Source: Bacteroidota bacterium
GTDB lineage: Bacteria > Bacteroidota > Bacteroidia > NS11-12g > UBA955
NCBI GenBank assembly: GCA_025354385.1
Contig: JANXMZ010000033.1
Coordinates: forward strand, 24,110-88,109
Direction of reading: 5' to 3'
Length of the DNA stretch: 64,000 nt
The notes under the pieces were generated by a model, which did no database searches, was not told the DNA's origin, and was given only the letters and a program-made list of their open reading frames with translations. How positions within the stretch are numbered: position 1 is the first letter of the stretch; the number at the start of each line of letters is the position of its first letter. A program made the position numbers and the translations under genes. Below are positions 37,201 to 47,000 of this stretch, one piece after another.

Positions 37201-40200
37201 CTGGCACTTCATTTAGTACACTTAAAAATCCATATAAATTTTTAAAAGCAGGAACCCATTTGGTGAGTTATACCGCCACTAATTCTAGAGGGTGTAAAGA
37301 CTCGACAGTTAAAAATGTAGTGGTTATTGGCCCTACTTCTCAATACGAATTTATTGGCGATACAATTGGTTGTCAACCACTGACTGTTCAATTTAAAAAC
37401 AGCAGCAAAGATGCCAACTCTTATACATGGAGTTTCAAAGATTCAAGTAACAATACTTATAGCACCAATGCAGATACAAATGTTAGTTACCAATTCAAAA
37501 GTTATGGCAAGTTTTATCCTGTACTTACAGCACGTGGTAAATTTAAGAGTAATGGATTTCCTGTAACCTGTCAAACAGTTTTTCCGGACACTACAATTGC
37601 TGGCTTTCGAGAAGTAACAGTTTATGAGACCCCTCAACCTAATTTTACCTATAGCACTAACTGCAATACAAATACTACTGCATTTACAAATACTTCAAAA
37701 ATGAAGAGTGCTGTTATTGATCGTTTCGAATGGGATTTTGGCGATGGCGACACCTCTATGCAGACCAATCCTATTCATCAATTTACAGATACTGGCCGCT
37801 ATGTTATCATTTTAAAAGCTTATTCTCCCAAAGGTTGTACAGATACCATTATACGAAAAATTGTGATCTCTCCATTTCCTGTTACCCGTTTTTCGTATAA
37901 CTTAACATGTTTAGGTAAAACAACTTTTTTCATCGATTCAACTGTTGCATTTAATGATAGAATTTTTAAATGGAGTTGGGACTTTGGAGACAGTACTTTT
38001 TCCAATTTAAGAAACCCTTCTAAAAAATATTTCAAAGACAGCAGTTACAATGTAAAATTAACGACCACTAATTTAGCAGGCTGCAGTGGCACCCTCACCA
38101 AAACAGTTGTGGTGCATCCTCAACCAAAAGCTAATTTTACTTTTGTGAATACTTGCCTAGAGAAAGCCATAGAATTGAAAGATTCAACCAATTCGAAAGA
38201 CACGCCTTTAAAATTGTTGTGGCGCCTAGGCGATAACAGTACTGATAGCACAGCAATTGTATTAAAAAAATATGCCGGCGCGGGAAATAAAACTGTTAAA
38301 ATAATTTGCACCACAGCCAGTGGTTGTATGGATTCTGTTATTAAAACAATTCATATTTATGCAAAACCTTTATCTGATTTTAGCATTGCTAAAAAAGAAC
38401 AATGTTTGAGAAACAACTTATTTGTTTTTAAAAATAATAGCACCACTGACACTGGAAGTTTAACCTATCATTGGACATTTGGAAATGGTTTAGCAAGTAT
38501 TGCAAAAGATACTACTCTTACCTATGCAGCTATTGGTTCATATACCATTCAATTAATTACAAATACCGCCAATAACTGTAAGGATACTGCTACCGATTCC
38601 GTACTGCTCGACCCACATCCTGCAACAGGTTTTCAGATTAACAACATTGCACAATGTTATAACATCAACCATTTTATTTTTATAGATACTTCACATATTT
38701 CTAAAGGAAGTTTTACGCGCAAGTGGAATACAGGCGACAATCAAAATTACACCGATTCTTTTTTACTTCATCGCTATAACGACTCGGGTAATTACAGTGT
38801 ACAACTTTCATTATTGAGCGATAAAGGTTGTGCAGATACTTTGCAAAAAAATGTTCGTGTTCATCCTCAACCATCGGCACAATTCACCATTGACTCAATT
38901 GCGAAATGTTTAAGAAATAATCTTTTCAAATTCACCAATACTTCAACCACTCCTTATGGCTCTAATACCTATCGCTGGTTTTTTGGCGATGGAGACTCTT
39001 TGCAATCCACAAATGCTACGCACAGCTATATCAGTTTCGATACATTTGCCATCCAACTAATTGCTACCAATAGCAATTTATGCAGAGACACCATTTCTAA
39101 AACGGTTATTGTTCACCCTATGCCAAATGCACAATTTAGTATTGATGATAGCTTACAATGTACCTATGCCAATGCATTTAGTTTCACAAATCGTTCCAAC
39201 ATACAGCTTGGTATGTTAACATATAATTGGAATACTGGAGATGGCAATGGTTATAACAATAAAGACTTGCAACACAGTTACACAAAGTATGGCAATTACA
39301 AGGTTACTTTAACCGCTACCAGCAATCAAAACTGTATCGATTCCACTGTCCATCCGCTTGAAGTTTATGCCATGCCATTGCCAGCTTTTACTATCAATGA
39401 TGCAGGGCAGTGCGAGAAGAACAATAATTTTATTTTTACTGATTCATCAAAGATTGGCTTGGGCACCTATAGCATCTATTGGAATTTGGGAGACAATAGC
39501 AATTCCAATTTAAGCAAAGTTTCAAAAACATATAATACAGCAGGTACTTATCTCATTAAATTAACACTCACCAGCAATCAAGGTTGCAAGGATTCATTGT
39601 CAAAGTCTATTACACTTTTCCCAAAGCCAACGCCTCTTTTTATTATTGATAAAGACAAACAATGTGAGAGAAATAATTTATTCAATTTTACAAATCAATC
39701 GAGCATTATAACAGGTCGTTTTAATAACACGTGGGAATTTGGTGATGGCAAAAAAACGACTTCACAAAATGCCATACATACTTATGATACATTTGGCGTT
39801 TACTTCGTCAAATTGATTACAGAATCTGATTCTGCATGCAGCGATTCTATTACAAAAAATATTACTGTAGAGCCAATGCCTTTGCCTGCTTTTGCAGTAA
39901 ATAAAATCGCCCAATGCTTGAACGACCAATTATTTAAATTTACCGATACCAGCAAAATCGGCTTGGGTACTTATCAAAGACTTTGGACCTTAGGAGAACT
40001 TGATAGCTCTGCATTAGCAAATCCCAATAAACTATTCAAAGCATTTGGCTTGTATACCATTTGGTTAAAATTAACTTCAGATAAAGGATGTTTTGATTCT
40101 ACCAAAATGGATATTGAAGTCTATCCAAAACCTTTACCTTCTTTTTCAATTAATGATTCTACGCAATGTATCAATACCAACCATTTTATTTTTAAAAGCA

Positions 40201-42608
40201 CCTCCAACATACCAAACGGTATGTTAAAAACCTATTGGAATTTTGGCGATGCTATAACCGATAGTTTAAATTTGGTTACCCATAATTACAAGCAATATGG
40301 TATCTACCGAATTCAACTCACTTCTGTATCAGATAAGGGCTGCACAGATAGTACATTCAAACCTGTGGAGGTGTATCCAAAACCAACAAGTGCTATAGTT
40401 GCCAATGACAGTTCTCAATGCGAAAATACCAACTGGTATGTTTTTAACAGCATTATCAGTATACCCTATACAAACATTACTAAACAATACTGGAATCTCG
40501 ATAATATTTATATCCAAGGCAGCTCAGATACATTCAAGCATTATAATAATTATGGTCCTTACATTTCAGGGTTAATAGCCGAGAGCGAATATGGCTGTCG
40601 AGACACTTCGCTATTAAAAATTGATGTATTGCCAATTCCAACTGCAGGATTCTCTATTAACAAAGCCAACCAATGTGAAAACGACAATCAATATATTTTT
40701 ACCAATTCTTCTACTGTGCCTTATGGCAAATTGAGTTACTTATGGAACTTTGGCAATGGAGAAACTGACACTACCCAATCGCCAAAGAAAATATTTACAA
40801 TTTATGATTCACTTGATGTTACTTTAATTGCTCGCACTGTTCCTGGTTGCGAGGATACAGCTATATTACCAGTCGTTATTTATCCTAAACCATTGCCACA
40901 ATTTTCTATCAGCGATTCAACGCAATGTGTAAATGGCAATCTATTAATTTTAACCAATAACAGCAGCATTCCAATTGGAACCTATTCTTCCTTCTGGACA
41001 TTTGGTGATGGCAATTCTTCTAACGCCAAAGACACCTCCTATGCTTACGCACAATTTGGATTGTATAAAGTAAGACTTAACCTTCTATCCGATCAAGGTT
41101 GCCGCGATTCTTTAGATAAGACAATAACTATTTACCCCAAACCCATCCCTGAATTTAGTATTAACGATACAGGGCAATGCCTCAACAATCAGAGTTTTGT
41201 TTTCGAAAATTTAAGTACCATCAGTTACGGACCAATTCACAATGAATGGCGTTTTGGAGATTTTACAAAAGATACTACCACTTCACCCATTCATCAATAT
41301 GCAAGTTATGGTAATTTTATTGTTGAATTAATGACACAATCGCAATATGATTGTAGAGATTCAATTAAAATTCCCGTTCGTGTTTTTGCATCGCCATTCT
41401 CTCAGTTCAGTGTGAATGATACTGACCAATGCGTAAACACACAAATATTTAATTTTACTTCCAATTCTAAGATACCACAAGGCAAAATTATTCAACAAAA
41501 TTGGTTCTTTACAGATAATGGTATAGCAGCAGGTTTAACAGCAAAAAATCATTTCAAAAAACCGGGTTATTACAATGCATTACTAGTTGTAAAATCAGAC
41601 AGTAATTGTATTGATAGTTTTATAAAACCTTTACGGGTGTATCCAAAACCAATTGCAAAATTCATGGTGAATGATTCGGCACAATGTCTATATGAAAATG
41701 CTTATGTATTTACAGAAACTGCCTTTGATTCGATAGGTGTGAGCACCTATGAATGGGATATCAATTCGGAGAAAAAAGTAAGCACAACATCTGTTAATCA
41801 CATCTTTAAAACTGTTGGTTATAAATATGCTAATCTCATTGTTACATCTGTAGTTGGCTGCAAAGACACCACGCAGAGAGATGTATACGTAAAAGCCATG
41901 CCCGACCCTTTGTTCAACAAATTGAAATCATACTATTGCAGAGGCGAAATGGCCTTTAATTTAATTCCAAAGACTTTAGGTGGCACTTTCTTTGGCAAAA
42001 ATATCCTTGCCTCCGATTTTGTTGCTCAACACTTATGGAAAGATACTGTTAAGTATGTTGTTACCGTGAATGGCTGCACCGATAGTAGCTTCCAATATAC
42101 CAATGTGTATCCAAAACCGGAGGTACATTTAGGCAATGATACTCTACTGTGTAAATATGAATATTTTGAAAAAAATATTTCATTTTGGAATTCAACTTAC
42201 AAATGGAATACCTTAAGAGATGATTCCGTTTTCCGTTTTAATAGACCTGGCATATTTTGGGTAACTGTTTCAAATATTTGCGGCACGGCTTCCGACACCA
42301 TTGAAATAACTTTCCGCGATTATAATTGCCATTTCTATATGCCTAATGCCTTCTCACCAAATGGAGATGGCATCAATGATTTTTTCATGCCAATTTTATA
42401 TGGGGTAGATCGTCTTGAATTCGAAATATACAATCGCTGGGGTGAAAAAGTATACATGGGTGATATTAACAGCAAAGGTTGGGACGGCAATTACCAGAAC
42501 GAGCCCGCCCAGCAAGAAGTATACCTATGGCGGGTTGGCTATAGTTTTATGGCTGGCAATCAGAGAGTCAATTTGTATGAGAAGGGTATGTTTACTTTAT
42601 TAAGATAA
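34239..42608 (+). CDS. Giant cell-surface protein: about 25-30 PKD-like Ig repeats with a T9SS type-B (gliding-motility-associated) C-terminal sorting domain
   Basis: - 2789 aa with signal peptide MKLIVHYILLALCCFALNTALGQ.
- Repeating units of about 80-85 aa of the form F..........C....F.F.N.S......Y.W.FGDG..S....P.H.Y...G.Y.V.L......GC.D.
- C-terminus YMPNAFSPNGDGINDFF...EIYNRWGEKVY...GWDGNYQ. Confidence 0.92.
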   Translation: MKLIVHYILLALCCFALNTALGQCSANFTSSKTKYCLHDTSRFTAIGSNLSPSYSWDFDDPYSGSENTDTSNQPKHIFSHTGWFNVSLIVNDGTCKDTITHTILILDLPIAKIKVLSPCLASSTSLASLSSSDTLDQISSYSWQYGDGTTGTGASTLHTYAATGNNTVLLKITTTNGCIDSANKSISIFDKLTLIKSFDSLCQEDEIDFDVNTGTSTAAQWQWDFGDSTTGNISNPLHQYSKSGLFKPQITVTYSNGAKCSAADAVYVYALPDASFYIISDSIQCYKNNQVCIKLNNPNQLLTRRSVAFDDGFVDDFSPLTDSIVCHTYTDAGGSKYTLSISILDNHFCAASYNVKQKVTIHPLLIANFDNKASNGCFGTPVTINNLSNFRPPFVKKFKWTFGDGAVDSSTWSSVYHKYVADGQFSIKLFLKDTYNCIDSMTSSNTIRNTTFVIDAKRDSMNGHCYSRNRLYYSQTPIAGAGVRWYLGSQDSSFGWKTAAYIRSTGTFKSYIRIDKNGCDSITYIDTFVINGPIARYGLVSNQYQCQIKDTVELTNSSITFRNGPLSIHWDAVDIFANNCTIDTKNGNNLNMNCRYSIDSLIFRHMYKPGKENCYYPKIVVSDSLTGCNDSVTINLPLRPPDASQGLPFFRSIGCIGPEQYKTITLDLSRTQPICGREAAWTMWDSTCAANSGNFNAYWNLNSRTHNYGYDNQPCDSNGFVTIGIIIQNGKDSFGRTCRDTAFYHNVLQFQKVDPRFTSNYNPNIHYCKNSTITFFPDTKYQDSIGSMVWDWGDGSSTNGINFSPTPHTFKQSGFYKVVLTITMINGCAAIDSTRIKIGLSENIGFLKGEICLDDTVQLLEHINYWGDAYPWWSNASRAGQNKETLKWDIGDGNGFSVSGGNPFIQYNKIGNYSLRVAIKDSMDCLDTIGLKNAIRVFNIKSNFTVLKDTFVCDQLIAFKSTASVYDSIHHFGHPDDYVASFIWRFKPGTSFSTLKNPYKFLKAGTHLVSYTATNSRGCKDSTVKNVVVIGPTSQYEFIGDTIGCQPLTVQFKNSSKDANSYTWSFKDSSNNTYSTNADTNVSYQFKSYGKFYPVLTARGKFKSNGFPVTCQTVFPDTTIAGFREVTVYETPQPNFTYSTNCNTNTTAFTNTSKMKSAVIDRFEWDFGDGDTSMQTNPIHQFTDTGRYVIILKAYSPKGCTDTIIRKIVISPFPVTRFSYNLTCLGKTTFFIDSTVAFNDRIFKWSWDFGDSTFSNLRNPSKKYFKDSSYNVKLTTTNLAGCSGTLTKTVVVHPQPKANFTFVNTCLEKAIELKDSTNSKDTPLKLLWRLGDNSTDSTAIVLKKYAGAGNKTVKIICTTASGCMDSVIKTIHIYAKPLSDFSIAKKEQCLRNNLFVFKNNSTTDTGSLTYHWTFGNGLASIAKDTTLTYAAIGSYTIQLITNTANNCKDTATDSVLLDPHPATGFQINNIAQCYNINHFIFIDTSHISKGSFTRKWNTGDNQNYTDSFLLHRYNDSGNYSVQLSLLSDKGCADTLQKNVRVHPQPSAQFTIDSIAKCLRNNLFKFTNTSTTPYGSNTYRWFFGDGDSLQSTNATHSYISFDTFAIQLIATNSNLCRDTISKTVIVHPMPNAQFSIDDSLQCTYANAFSFTNRSNIQLGMLTYNWNTGDGNGYNNKDLQHSYTKYGNYKVTLTATSNQNCIDSTVHPLEVYAMPLPAFTINDAGQCEKNNNFIFTDSSKIGLGTYSIYWNLGDNSNSNLSKVSKTYNTAGTYLIKLTLTSNQGCKDSLSKSITLFPKPTPLFIIDKDKQCERNNLFNFTNQSSIITGRFNNTWEFGDGKKTTSQNAIHTYDTFGVYFVKLITESDSACSDSITKNITVEPMPLPAFAVNKIAQCLNDQLFKFTDTSKIGLGTYQRLWTLGELDSSALANPNKLFKAFGLYTIWLKLTSDKGCFDSTKMDIEVYPKPLPSFSINDSTQCINTNHFIFKSTSNIPNGMLKTYWNFGDAITDSLNLVTHNYKQYGIYRIQLTSVSDKGCTDSTFKPVEVYPKPTSAIVANDSSQCENTNWYVFNSIISIPYTNITKQYWNLDNIYIQGSSDTFKHYNNYGPYISGLIAESEYGCRDTSLLKIDVLPIPTAGFSINKANQCENDNQYIFTNSSTVPYGKLSYLWNFGNGETDTTQSPKKIFTIYDSLDVTLIARTVPGCEDTAILPVVIYPKPLPQFSISDSTQCVNGNLLILTNNSSIPIGTYSSFWTFGDGNSSNAKDTSYAYAQFGLYKVRLNLLSDQGCRDSLDKTITIYPKPIPEFSINDTGQCLNNQSFVFENLSTISYGPIHNEWRFGDFTKDTTTSPIHQYASYGNFIVELMTQSQYDCRDSIKIPVRVFASPFSQFSVNDTDQCVNTQIFNFTSNSKIPQGKIIQQNWFFTDNGIAAGLTAKNHFKKPGYYNALLVVKSDSNCIDSFIKPLRVYPKPIAKFMVNDSAQCLYENAYVFTETAFDSIGVSTYEWDINSEKKVSTTSVNHIFKTVGYKYANLIVTSVVGCKDTTQRDVYVKAMPDPLFNKLKSYYCRGEMAFNLIPKTLGGTFFGKNILASDFVAQHLWKDTVKYVVTVNGCTDSSFQYTNVYPKPEVHLGNDTLLCKYEYFEKNISFWNSTYKWNTLRDDSVFRFNRPGIFWVTVSNICGTASDTIEITFRDYNCHFYMPNAFSPNGDGINDFFMPILYGVDRLEFEIYNRWGEKVYMGDINSKGWDGNYQNEPAQQEVYLWRVGYSFMAGNQRVNLYEKGMFTLLR

Positions 42609-42613
42609 ACGAT

Positions 42614-42643
42614 AAAACATACCGATTGGTATGTTTTTATTTG
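42614..42643. terminator. Bidirectional intrinsic terminator between convergent genes
   Basis: AAAACATACC-gatt-GGTATGTTTT followed by TATTT, and A-rich on the other strand. It sits between the stops at 42608 (+) and 42648 (-). Confidence 0.7.
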
Positions 42644-42647
42644 AAGA

Positions 42648-43814
42648 TTAATTAATAACAATTTTTTTATGAATCAAATTATCATTTGAATAAAATTCCA
42701 AGGTATAAACACCCACTGGTAAATTATATTGATTTAATTCTACACACCCATTGGCACTCATAAAAGTTGACTCATAAACCTTTACCCCATGCAAATTATA
42801 AATACTTATTCTATCAAAATTATTAAAGCCCTTAATTCTAAAATTTCCGTGATTAGGATTTGGGAATACCCCAATTTCATTTGCCGTTACAACATCCACA
42901 CTAGAAACCATCTCATTAATGGGTCGCATCCATAACCCTGAACCATTAACTCCCACCAAAACATAATCTCCACTAATACCTATTGCTTGGGTATATACAG
43001 TAGGTAAGTTTTCAGTAACTTTTTGCCAACTACTGCCCGCATTTGAAGATGAGAGCACACCTGAACCAAACGATGAAGCGAATACATAGTTCCCTTTTAC
43101 TGCAAGTGAATATACATTTTTGATACTTGAATTTAATTTCACCCAGTTGCGACCATTATCGGTCGATTTAAATACACCCGTTAGGCTACCGGCATAAAGA
43201 GTTGATCCATTTATAGCAAGCGAATAAATAATTGTATCTGTTAATCCAACATTCACTGGAGTCCAATTATCACCATAGTCTGAAGAACTGAAAACACCTC
43301 CCCCATTTGTTGCGGCAAAAATATTACTATCATTTGATGCCATTGAATTGATCAAGGTGTTTGTCAAACCCTTAATAATAGTACTCCAAGTTTTACCTTC
43401 ATTTGCCGAGCGAAACATTCCTCCAACACCATTTGTACCTGCAAGCAAATAAGGACCTTTTATAAGTAAACTTTTTACAAAAGGATTCGATAATCCATAA
43501 CTACGCCATGTCCAATTATCTCCACTGTCTAAAGAAAGATAAACTCCAAAGCCCGAGGTACCCACAACTATTTTAGGCCCATCAACAGCTATCCCAAATA
43601 AATCTCTCTGCGTAAGTTGTATATCAATATCAGTCCAACTAAGTCCTAAATTAGATGAATAATGAACGATGGCATTATCTGAACCTACTGCTGTGGAATT
43701 ACCATTCGATGCTATACAATAAATATTCGTGCCGTATGCCTTTAATTCCCATTGTGCTTTTAGAACATTTGACAAAGAAAACAAAAGAAAGATGATGACC
43801 GTAATTTTTCTCAT
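42648..43814 (-). CDS. Secreted Asp-box (BNR/sortilin-type) beta-propeller protein with a T9SS type-A C-terminal sorting domain
   Basis: Signal peptide MRKITVIIFLLFSLSNVLKAQ. Six SxxxGxxW boxes (SSNLGLSWTD, SLDSGDNWTW, SANEGKTWST, SSDYGDNWTP, STDNGRNWVK, SSNAGSSWQK). CTD VFPNPNHGNFRIKG...VYTLEFYS. Confidence 0.85.
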   Translation of the reverse strand: MRKITVIIFLLFSLSNVLKAQWELKAYGTNIYCIASNGNSTAVGSDNAIVHYSSNLGLSWTDIDIQLTQRDLFGIAVDGPKIVVGTSGFGVYLSLDSGDNWTWRSYGLSNPFVKSLLIKGPYLLAGTNGVGGMFRSANEGKTWSTIIKGLTNTLINSMASNDSNIFAATNGGGVFSSSDYGDNWTPVNVGLTDTIIYSLAINGSTLYAGSLTGVFKSTDNGRNWVKLNSSIKNVYSLAVKGNYVFASSFGSGVLSSSNAGSSWQKVTENLPTVYTQAIGISGDYVLVGVNGSGLWMRPINEMVSSVDVVTANEIGVFPNPNHGNFRIKGFNNFDRISIYNLHGVKVYESTFMSANGCVELNQYNLPVGVYTLEFYSNDNLIHKKIVIN

Positions 43815-44005
43815 TGTCGATAGTTTTTTAAATTATCAACCAAACTTAATAGCTACCATTAGAATTACCAAAAACCTTTATTAATATTACAGAACTATGA
43901 CAAAATAACTATTTTAATCCTTAAAATTTTAATAGTTATTATTTTGCCAATCAAATTTACTAAATAACACGCCTTACCTTTATATTATTTGAAAACTGAA
44001 ACAAA

Positions 44006-47000
44006 CTAGCGCCTGCCTAAAGCAGCCAAGCCAACCGGATCCTTAATCACTTCCACCCATTTGCCCGGTATGCGGGCGTTGATGGCATGGTTGTACATGG
44101 CCTCTGTATAAACGGTTGGCAAGTAAAATTTACCCAAATAGGTAGCATTTAATTTTACTGTAAATACTTTGGTGTGTTTAGACATTAAATCATAATAACT
44201 GTATATTCTATCATCGCGAATATCTTGATAACGCGAATCATTAACGCCTGAATTTTGTCCATCCATTCTGTTGTTGTGTATCTCCCAACCAGATGCAAAT
44301 ATTTGGTTCAATGCCATTTCATAATAGTTGCCTTTATTGCCCGGGTTTGTAATGCTTATCTCTGCGATAAAATCTGTTCCTTGCACAATTTTATCGGGTT
44401 GTATTATCTGCCCTTTAATAGTTTTATAAACGATATTCATACTCAGTTCATTCGATACAAGGGTTTGGTCGCCTAACAACGGAATACCTTCTGTCATTAA
44501 CTTTACGTACAACGTAGTATTGCCCTTATTGGCAATTTTTACATTACTATTACTTTTTATTTCCTTATCGTTATAACTAAATTTACTAATGGCTTTGCGA
44601 CTTTGCTCTTGTATTGGGGCACCATTGTTTAAAGAATAACTATAACTAAAACCGTTGCCATTTTTATCTGCACCAGTATATTTACAAATGGCCAACAAAT
44701 TATAAGCAGTTTCCTGCGTGCTCATCCATTCGCTGTTGTTCAATTTTTGAATAATATTTTTAGAAAGTTGAGCAGCTTTGGCATCCTCTTTCATTAATGT
44801 GAGTGTTTCCAAAATCATGGCCTCATCGCGCATATCAGAACCATAGCTGAAGGCGAGTTCTTTGTAAGGCTCTATTCTAATACTTAACTTCCCTATTAAC
44901 TGTTTGGCAACTTCCGTTTGACCCACCAACTGATAAGCAGCAGCCAAGCGCCATTTAGAAGCTTCCCCTAAACCTCGCTCTTCACGAATTCTGTTCATAG
45001 CGCCCAACTCTGCATTGCCAGAGAGGGCCAATACGAATAAGCGATAAGTTTGTGTAAGTTGATAAGATTCATCACCATGCGGTTGATTGTAAACTGAGTT
45101 TTTCATATCCCAATTCCTTGCTTCATTTATTTGATATTTGAGCCATTTGTTTTTCATATTAAAAGGCAAACTATAGCCCATTTTTTCTGCTTCTATCATA
45201 AAATGTCCAGCATAATTACTTCCCCATTCACTTTCATAAGATTCTCCTGGCCAATAAGAAAAACCACCATTAGACGTTTGGAACAATTGTAATCTTTTTA
45301 TACCTGCTTTTATATTTTTTGCGATCTGATCCTTCTGCGAAGCTTTTAAATCCATTAAATTACTCACGAACAATTGCGGAAAAACAGAAGACGTTGTTTG
45401 TTCGATACAACCATGCGGATATTTTATTAAATAATCCAATCTTTTATCCAATCCAAGCGAAGGAATATTAGATACCTCCACCACAAATTTATTGGTACCA
45501 CTTAAACCAATGAAATTAATTTGCTGTGATACAGATTGGCCTGCAGCCATTGTAAATTCTTTGGCATCGGTAACTTTCGGATTCGCAATTCTTACTTCTA
45601 CTTCTATTTCCTGTGTAGCCCTTTCTTTACCACTTGTTGCCACAATTTTTATTTTAGCTACACCAATTCTTGGCGCTACATTCAATTTAAAATTCAAAAC
45701 CTCATCCCCTGTTTTTCTAAAAGTTATGCTTTGCTTTACCACACCATCTACGCTCAATAAATCATTCACTTCAATTTCTACTTTCACATCTTTAACATGG
45801 CTCTCCATTGCAAATACATCCACAGGCAAGTAAATACTTTCCGAAGGACCCAATACTCTCGGCAATGTGGCCAGTACCATCAAAGGTTTTTTAACCGCTA
45901 TTGTTTTTTCTGTGCTGCCATAAGCGCCATTATTTTCTGCCACTACCATCACTCTTACCGAACCTACATAATTGGGAATTTCTATGCTGTGATTTTTTTG
46001 CTGACCTGCACCTAAAGTATACGGTCCCATAAACTTTACCATGGGTTTAAAACGATTAGCTTTTACGCCCTTTCCTGCTAGGCCATCGCCATCGCCACCT
46101 ACACTTAACAATTTATCCAACCTGCCTGCATACGCTCCAATAACTTGATCGTACATGTCCCAAGTTTTTACACCCAATGCTTCTTTCGCATAAAATGACT
46201 GCCATGGTTGTGGAGTTTTAAATCTTGTTAAATCTAACAAACCATCATCTACAATGGCCAAAGTATAAGTCATGGGTTTTCCCAATTCCTCTTTTACCAA
46301 AACATTCACTTTGCTTTCGGGTTTCCAAACATCGGCCATTACCATTAGAGGCTTTAAATGAGTTTTAGGATCATCTATGTTTAATGAAATAACACCATAC
46401 ATGCGAATTGGTAGATCATTTTTTGTATTGGCATGAGGTTGTAATAGGGTAACATGCACATAGGCATTCGGACTCATATCTGAACTTGCAACAAAAGTTG
46501 TTTTGGTTTCTCCTTTAATGGTATTCACCCAGAATTTTTTGATGACTTTCGAACCTGTTTCTATGCTTATCAAAGCCTTTCCATCTGCCGGAGAAGGGAA
46601 TGACAATTTAATATTTTCACCTACAGTATATTGTGTTTTATCGCAAGAAAAATTAAGCATAGTAGAATTATCGCGGTTGGTATTATTTCCTCTGCTCCAA
46701 TAAGGCCAGTCTACTTTAATTATTTTTCCTGTTTGATGACCCCCTTTTAAATCTGTAAGTGTAATTAAATATCTGCCGTAATTATTATTATCCATTCTAA
46801 AACGATAATTATTTTTACCGTTTACAATTTTCAACAAAGTATCTTTTAAAACAATTGCACTTGAGCGAGACACGTATGAGGCCAAATCTTCTTCATCATT
46901 TTCGTACCACCAACGCCACTGTAATTTATAAATTTTCAATTGCACCTGTTCCATATTAACGGCCTTTCCATTGGCATCTACACTGGCAATTTCAAACAAA

